5,286 nucleotides of DNA from Candidatus Sifarchaeum subterraneum. GTDB lineage: Archaea > Asgardarchaeota > Sifarchaeia > Sifarchaeales > Sifarchaeaceae. Below the pieces are notes generated by a model. That model was not told the origin of the DNA. It did no database searches and was given only the letters and a program-made list of their open reading frames with translations. Of this stretch, positions 1-3,480 are shown one piece after another (position 1 is the first letter of the stretch; each line of letters begins with the position of its first letter). The position numbers were made by a program, and so were the translations under genes. The DNA lies in the NCBI GenBank assembly GCA_016292335.1, contig JAECRX010000167.1, forward strand, positions 1 through 5,286, read 5' to 3'.

Positions 1-234
1 CTTTTTTGGTCTTCGAATAAACATGGCTATGGTATACGATAGAAAAAGTAAAATAATTCCAATCATCGGGATATACAATGATTCCATCCCTATTCCCGCT
101 GATGAGTTTTGGTAGGAGCTTAAGATTCCAAAAGAAGTTAGGATAATTCCTGTGAAGATTCCAATTGAAATTAGAAGAAGAAGAAGTCTCATAATTCTGC
201 TATATTTCGGCTTCATTTTTGGTTCTTCAGTCAT
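1..234 (-). CDS. Small membrane protein, N-terminal part (gene runs off the window start)
   Basis: ATG is the complement of cat at 232-234. From there, 78 sense codons run to position 1 without a stop, in an AT-rich context where stops are frequent. Translation is MTEEPKMKPKYSRIMRLLLLLISIGIFTGIILTSFGILSSYQNSSAGIGMESLYIPMIGIILLFLSYTIAMFIRRPKK, with two helix-length hydrophobic segments. It starts 28 nt after the stop of the upstream same-strand gene, so an operon is likely. It is missing from the ORF track because it is open-ended. Confidence 0.5.
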   Translation of the reverse strand, partial: MTEEPKMKPKYSRIMRLLLLLISIGIFTGIILTSFGILSSYQNSSAGIGMESLYIPMIGIILLFLSYTIAMFIRRPKK

Positions 235-262
235 ATCACTCACAAACATCCAAAATTTCAAA

Positions 263-1381
263 TTATTGTCCAATACCAATTGTATTTCCTATTCCTGCTA
301 TTATAACAGTATCACCGGGATTGGTCTTTGTTCTCAAAGTGCGTTTAATTCTTTCAATTACTGAATCAACTGAATTGGTTATCTTTTGCCTTATAGGAGT
401 CAAAGCCTCTTCAATAGACTCTTTTATGATGATTGCATCGACAGGGATACCTTTTGCTAATGTACTCTCTTCAATTTTGTATTTCTCTGGACCAGGGTCG
501 CCAATTGCCGCACCGACACCTTCAGCTACGCTGCCACTTTCCTCCCCCTCTAGTCTGAGTGCTGCATCAATCATGATAATTCGCGTAACTTTTTCAGTTT
601 TTTCTTGCACTATTTTCTTTATTGCTTCGCCAGGTTTTCCTACTGTCCCACCAGGGCCTTTTGCTTTAACAATTATAGCATTTCTACCCTCGATTTCCTT
701 TTCAGCAACTACAATATCTTTGGCGATCTCTTTTTTAAACTCTCCGCGTGCCAACCTTGATACAACAAGGGGACCTATTCCATCACCTATTGGTTTAGCG
801 TCTGCGAAAGCTTTAAGAGCATTGAAAAAGGCTTTAGCTAGCCTCATGATAAGTGGCAGTTGCATGTGGATCTGCATGATCATTAGCATGCTTTTCGTTT
901 TCTTCCCAAGAATTAGAAAGTGACGAACAATTCTAAAAACTAAGAAAACGGCCATATTTGCCTCTAAAAGGTTTTCCAATGTCGAGGCTTCAGATGAGCT
1001 TGTATTAGGAGCAATGGTGCTCACAAAATCTTCAAACCGACTTTTTCTTACGTCTAATAGGTGTTCTAGTCGGTTTAATACTCCTGCAGGATCTATATCA
1101 ACTGGTGGAATAATGAAAAATTCCATTGTTTCAAGGATTTGCTCGGTAGGGTCTTGATCCAAATTGTATTGTTTGACATTGTTTATTGTGATCTCTTTTC
1201 CTTTGTCAGACATGTTTTTCAGTTGTATGACTGCTTTTTCAATTTGTCTGATCCAAATAAATGATTGCAGTCGTTGCCCATATAAGAGATAAAGTATAAA
1301 AAATGCAAAAAACAAAATGTTGAAAAGATAGCCCCAGATGGTTTCTGGGCCTTGGGCTAAGGGACTGGGAAATTGGAACAT
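263..1381 (-). CDS. Conserved archaeal membrane-anchored protein, DUF1512-like (function unknown)
   Basis: Complete 372-aa ORF from the track, ATG at 1381 and TAA at 263-265. It has an N-terminal hydrophobic helix (IWGYLFNILFFAFFILYLLYG). The C-terminal half is a soluble Gly-rich segment (GPGGTVGKPGEAI...IIMIDAALRLEGEESGSVAEGVGAAIGDPGPEKYKIEE...GIPVDAIIIKES). From memory this matches the archaeal DUF1512 family; the family call has not been verified by a search. Confidence 0.85.
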   Translation of the reverse strand: MFQFPSPLAQGPETIWGYLFNILFFAFFILYLLYGQRLQSFIWIRQIEKAVIQLKNMSDKGKEITINNVKQYNLDQDPTEQILETMEFFIIPPVDIDPAGVLNRLEHLLDVRKSRFEDFVSTIAPNTSSSEASTLENLLEANMAVFLVFRIVRHFLILGKKTKSMLMIMQIHMQLPLIMRLAKAFFNALKAFADAKPIGDGIGPLVVSRLARGEFKKEIAKDIVVAEKEIEGRNAIIVKAKGPGGTVGKPGEAIKKIVQEKTEKVTRIIMIDAALRLEGEESGSVAEGVGAAIGDPGPEKYKIEESTLAKGIPVDAIIIKESIEEALTPIRQKITNSVDSVIERIKRTLRTKTNPGDTVIIAGIGNTIGIGQ

Positions 1382-1392
1382 TATTTGAAAAC
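1381..1392 (+). promoter_or_regulatory. TATA-like element TTATTTGAAAAC, possible promoter for a + strand transcript of the RNA island
   Basis: The core ATTTGAAAA (1383-1391) is identical to the element upstream of the tRNA gene (3048-3056 on the - strand), and the wider 12-nt alignment matches at 11 of 12 positions. A start ~25 nt downstream would fall near 1413, where GC content rises. Caveat: the same bases lie immediately 5' of the DUF1512-like ATG on the other strand. Confidence 0.3.
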
Positions 1393-1412
1393 TTCCTGAA
1401 ATTTTCTTTTTA

Positions 1413-1925
1413 CAGTTGATGGTAATTGGGGTTGGATACTCTACTTTGCCTCGTGAAATACTTGCTAACAGAGAAACAAGTTTCCTGCATCGCTTTTGGA
1501 TAACTCAGGCAGGCCTCACGTCCCGCAATTTCTGCGGTAAGGTGTATCCACCCAAGAAATATCAAGGTGGAGCGTTTAAAAATATTGCTGAACAACACAA
1601 TTCAGCACGTCAACAGGTTGCTGTATCTTTGTACTCGTTATAAAAACTTTTTCCGACAAAGGAAAAATTTTGTGGTGCATGTTGGTCAATACTCTGCGAC
1701 GGCACGTTGAGCACGGGGGATGAGTGACAACAAAACGGGAGTTGACTAGGAGCACACTACGATGGAGTACATTATGAGTTGTTTCACGAATTCCAAACCC
1801 TGTATACCGTGCATTTACCACGGTGCTCCGTCATGGGAGGACATCTTTCGTAGGCGCTACTCCGAAGCGATGGTATGTTTGTACTGAACCCCTAAAGGGA
1901 GAATACGTATCCTCACATGGTAAGA
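1413..1925. ncRNA. Candidate large structured ncRNA, identity and strand unresolved; RNase P RNA-like blocks but no canonical CR-I
   Basis: The region is visibly GC-richer than its flanks. Only short overlapping ORFs on both strands are present, with no coherent protein-like translation. Many Watson-Crick helices can be drawn. A closing stem pairs 1434-1442 with 1900-1902 plus 1907-1912, and continues as 1444-1448/1893-1897; that continuation includes a G-U pair valid only on the + strand. Further helices: 1484-1488/1509-1513, 1523-1527/1533-1537, 1541-1544/1549-1552, 1587-1592/1601-1606, 1648-1654/1661-1667, 1749-1755/1823-1829, 1806-1811/1819-1824, 1764-1769/1858-1863. The + strand carries AACAGAGAAACAAG (1467-1480), GCGGUAAG (1534-1541), UCCACCC (1547-1553), CAAGG (1563-1567) and GUACUGAACCC (1881-1891). 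These resemble RNase P RNA conserved blocks as I remember them. GAGGAAAGUCC is absent on both strands; the - strand only has GAAAGAUGUCC. Confidence 0.45.
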
Positions 1926-2255
1926 ATAGCTTTAGTGTCAATAGAAGGCAAAGCATTAATAATTTATTATAACATATATCAGATACCTGAGTGAACCACT
2001 AAACTTGAGTATTTCCTTTTTTGACTTTTGTCGTGATCATACTGCTACAGAAGAAGAACCACTCTTTTTAGCCCTTCTTTATTTTTCGAACGAAAAATCT
2101 CTGATATAATAAGTTATCTCCTACAATTTGGGATGTGGAAAAACCATTTTTTGGAACTGATCGTTGGTTTAGAAGCTCCTTAATTTGTCAAGTTGTAGTT
2201 CACATTAAGAAAGATTTATTTCTCCAATAAAAGATGTAAAAGAAGAAAATAAAAG

Positions 2256-2390
2256 TCACTCTTTTATTGCGTATGCTAGCCCTCGACAAGTAGGACAAAC
2301 CAAAAATCCTTTCACGTCAACTAGGTATTTGTCTTTGGGGATCATTATGAGCCTACAGCCTTTGCATTCATACTTTAAAACTAGTACCAA
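2256..2390 (-). CDS. Small zinc-ribbon protein (CxxC-21 residues-CxxC), putative TTG start
   Basis: A 93-codon stop-free frame on the - strand in an otherwise stop-dense AT-rich region. It ends ...LVLVLKYECKGCRLIMIPKDKYLVDVKGFLVCPTCRGLAYAIKE with TGA at 2256-2258. The only ATG (2345) would remove the first CxxC pair. TTG at 2390 has GGAG starting 14 nt upstream and keeps both pairs. A T-rich tract (cttttattttcttctttt) follows the stop. The start codon is uncertain. Confidence 0.35.
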   Translation of the reverse strand: MVLVLKYECKGCRLIMIPKDKYLVDVKGFLVCPTCRGLAYAIKE

Positions 2391-2749
2391 ATCAACCCAC
2401 TCCAGCCTGGTTAGTATAGAAAAGCAATGTTTCTTTAAAAAGAATGTGAGAAAATCATCCGCAAAAGAATATATAGCGTAGACATTAGAAAAGAAAGTAA
2501 TAGTGTTTTTAATTGTTAATCTGATTAAATTTTCTTATAAAAATAGCAATTCTCTCTCAATCACTCCAGTTTCATTCGTCTTTGTTGTTTTTCCTTTATA
2601 TCACAACGAATATTTATCGTTTTTAAATATCTTTGTATAAAATTCTGAGTACATCACTGTGTAATTATATCTCTGGTGTTCCAAAGTACATCTGGTTTCA
2701 TAAGATTTTTTTGGGGTGGAACATTTCCTGAGTGGAGTCTAAGATTACT

Positions 2750-2756
2750 AAAAGAA
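2750..2756 (-). terminator. Oligo-T tract (TTCTTTT) just 3' of the tRNA
   Basis: The - strand reads ...CGGCCCCACCA CTATTCTTTTAGTAATC. Archaeal termination commonly uses short T-runs. This is a weak, sequence-only call. Confidence 0.3.
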
Positions 2757-2776
2757 TAGTGGTGGGGCCGCAGGGA

Positions 2777-2807
2777 TTTTCAAGTGAAAGCTTGATGCTA
2801 TCGCTGT
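2777..2807 (-). other. tRNA intron 3 (31 nt) in the T-loop at 59/60
   Basis: The outer helix is the T-stem, CGGGG (197-201)/CCCUG (240-244). The central helix is UUCA (202-205)/UGAA (233-236). The bulges are AAA (206-208) and AAU (237-239). Splicing restores the T-loop UUCAAAU. The inner helix is weak (AGC/GCU). Confidence 0.7.
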
Positions 2808-2838
2808 TTTGAACCCCGGACTTCTACCAATGATGCAG

Positions 2839-2958
2839 AAACACCATTGCCAGCAGGTTTCTCCCGCTCCAGAAGTACATCATCTTACAAATCAGTAACC
2901 CCTACTGAAGCTGGTTTCCTCTGGAGCCTTTCGGGTTTCTTATGTGGATGGAAACTTG
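2839..2958 (-). other. tRNA intron 2 (~120 nt) at the position 26-28 junction, boundaries +/-1 nt
   Basis: The candidate BHB has central helix GCAC (51-54)/GUGU (171-174), outer helix 48-50/178-180, and bulges GGC (55-57) and UUC (175-177). The inner helix is poorly defined, so the motif is relaxed. Removal places the UCUGC/GUAGA-type stem and its 7-nt loop directly before AGUC and the T-arm. A shift of 1 nt would give U27-A43 instead of G27-A43. Confidence 0.55.
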
Positions 2959-2969
2959 CCGTGCTACCT

Positions 2970-2997
2970 GTGTAGAATATACTGTGAGAGTATATCT
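2970..2997 (-). other. tRNA intron 1 (28 nt) in the D-loop, good BHB
   Basis: In gene numbering (nt 1 = 3014), the central 4-bp helix pairs GUAG (12-15) with CUAC (40-43). The 3-nt bulges are CCA (16-18) and ACA (44-46). The inner hairpin is 19-26/32-39 (G-U plus 7 Watson-Crick pairs) with loop CUCAC. Cutting after the second bulge nucleotide joins ...GCC to AGGUAGCAC, which restores a canonical AGCCAGGUA D-loop and a GUGU/GCAC D-stem. Confidence 0.7.
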
Positions 2998-3046
2998 GGC
3001 TACACTACGGCCCCTTTATGTGGTAGTGTCTTTTTCAGCCCCAGCC

Positions 3047-3058
3047 ATTTTCAAATAT
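3047..3058 (-). promoter_or_regulatory. TATA-like element AATATTTGAAAA upstream of the tRNA gene
   Basis: On the - strand, ATTTGAAAA sits 34-42 nt upstream of tRNA nucleotide 1. This implies a short 5' leader of about 10-15 nt. The core is shared with 1383-1391 (+). Confidence 0.35.
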
Positions 3059-3205
3059 TGAATTCTTTTTAAAAAGATTTCTAAGCTTTTCTGTTCAAGC
3101 CGTAATGGTTGAAAAAAGATGCTTAGGTAGAGAGTGTGAAGGTGGTGTAAAATCTACAGGAGGCTCCAACGTAATGGCTTTTCTAGAAAGAGTTGGTTTG
3201 GTAAT

Positions 3206-3333
3206 GGGGACAGGCAGCGTCCTGAGGTTCGCATATCCTCTCGGAATATACTACCACTCAGATCGCTGGAGAGCTTAACTTCCAGGTTCGGGAGAGTCTG
3301 GGTGTGGCCACTCCGCTATGACCGCCTGTTCCC
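3206..3333 (-). rRNA. 5S ribosomal RNA
   Basis: The - strand reads GGGAACAGGCGGUCAUAGCGGAGUGGCCACACCCAGACUCUCCCGAACCUGGAAGUUAAGCUCUCCAGCGAUCUGAGUGGUAGUAUAUUCCGAGAGGAUAUGCGAACCUCAGGACGCUGCCUGUCCCC. It contains the conserved CCCGAACC-GGAAGUUAAGC core. The termini pair as helix I (GGGAACAGGCGG with CGCUGCCUGUCCC; one A-C mismatch and one G-U). Ends are good to within a few nt. Confidence 0.93.
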
Positions 3334-3356
3334 AATTCTTGGTTATAAGAAAATCA

Positions 3357-3364
3357 ATTTAAAA
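3357..3364 (-). promoter_or_regulatory. TATA box (TTTTAAAT) with an upstream A-rich BRE-like tract, for the 5S rRNA
   Basis: On the - strand, TTTTAAAT lies at -31 to -24 relative to the inferred 5S 5' end at 3333. It is preceded by GGAAAAAAA. The position fits the archaeal TATA location. Confidence 0.5.
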
Positions 3365-3420
3365 TTTTTTTCCTTCCTATTCACTTTATTCTTTTAGATT
3401 CATATTTTCGTATTGAAATG

Positions 3421-3430
3421 TTTTAAAATA
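3421..3430 (+). promoter_or_regulatory. TATA-like box (TTTTAAAATA) for the downstream membrane glycosyltransferase gene
   Basis: It lies 51-60 nt upstream of the ATG at 3481. GAGGTGG (3460-3466), complementary to the archaeal 16S 3' end, lies between it and the ATG. It sits in the divergent intergenic region shared with the 5S promoter. Confidence 0.35.
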
Positions 3431-3480
3431 TCAAATTGGAAGAATGTTAAATAATTGAAGAGGTGGTTAGTTTTAGATCT

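Larger units (their letters stand above)
2760..3014 (-). tRNA. tRNA gene interrupted by three BHB introns; anticodon tentatively CAU (elongator Met or Ile2 type); CCA encoded
   Basis: The - strand begins GGGGCCGUAGUGUAGCC and ends AAUCCCUGCGGCCCCACCA, giving a 7-bp acceptor stem, discriminator A and CCA. Removing 2970-2997, 2839-2958 and 2777-2807 gives the 76-mer GGGGCCG UA GUGU AGCCAGGUA GCAC G GCUGC AUCAUUG GUAGA AGUC CGGGG UUCAAAU CCCUG CGGCCCC A CCA. Expected tertiary identities are present: U8, A14, G15/C48, G18G19, A21, G26/A44, G53/C61, U54U55C56, A58. Weak points are the anticodon loop (A32, U37, G38) and a G27-A43 mismatch. Confidence 0.8.

Noticed and set aside
152-364. 70-aa + strand ORF
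   Set aside because: It overlaps, in antisense, both the small membrane protein start and the DUF1512-like 3' end. It has no start context and odd composition.
219-923. 234-aa + strand ORF from the track
   Set aside because: It lies entirely antisense to the DUF1512-like CDS. The translation is a low-complexity Ser/Pro/Ile-rich shadow with no recognisable domain, whereas the opposite-strand product is protein-like and family-recognisable.
1410-1821. Three track ORFs (1410-1598 -, 1416-1643 +, 1576-1821 -) inside the GC-rich island
   Set aside because: They are short and mutually overlapping on both strands, with no protein-like features. The region is better explained by dense base-pairing, that is an RNA.
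1419-1923. ATGGTAA direct repeats (1419-1425 and 1917-1923) flanking the RNA island, as a possible target-site duplication of a mobile element
   Set aside because: A 7-mer recurring within 500 nt of AT-rich sequence is expected by chance. There are no terminal inverted repeats beyond the RNA-like stem, and no transposase or integrase.
1413-1925. Confident call as RNase P RNA or SRP RNA
   Set aside because: For RNase P, the CR-I GAGGAAAGUCC/P4 partner is absent on both strands, block spacing is wrong, and the two strands give conflicting partial matches. For SRP, none of the AGCA occurrences on either strand has a preceding GNAR tetraloop and AGG partner. It is kept only as an unassigned ncRNA candidate.
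1930-2750. Replication origin, suggested by the long AT-rich ORF-poor tract plus an ORB-like GGGGTGGAACATTTCCTGAGTGGAG at 2713-2737
   Set aside because: There is only a single ORB-like element. No repeated or inverted copies flank an unwinding region, and no orc1/cdc6 gene is in the window.
2878-2896. C/D box sRNA inside tRNA intron 2 (CUGA, 8-nt spacer, AUGAUGU on the - strand)
   Set aside because: Only one D'/C'-like pair is present. No terminal C box about 12 nt upstream and no D box downstream could be found, so the standard C-D'-C'-D layout is not met.
2760-3014. SRP (7S) RNA, first suspected from the length (~255 nt), paired termini and GC content
   Set aside because: There is no helix-8 signature (GNAR tetraloop flanked by AGG...AGCA). 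Instead there is an exact tRNA acceptor stem plus ACCA, the two halves of a T-loop, and a canonical D-arm once the BHB introns are removed.
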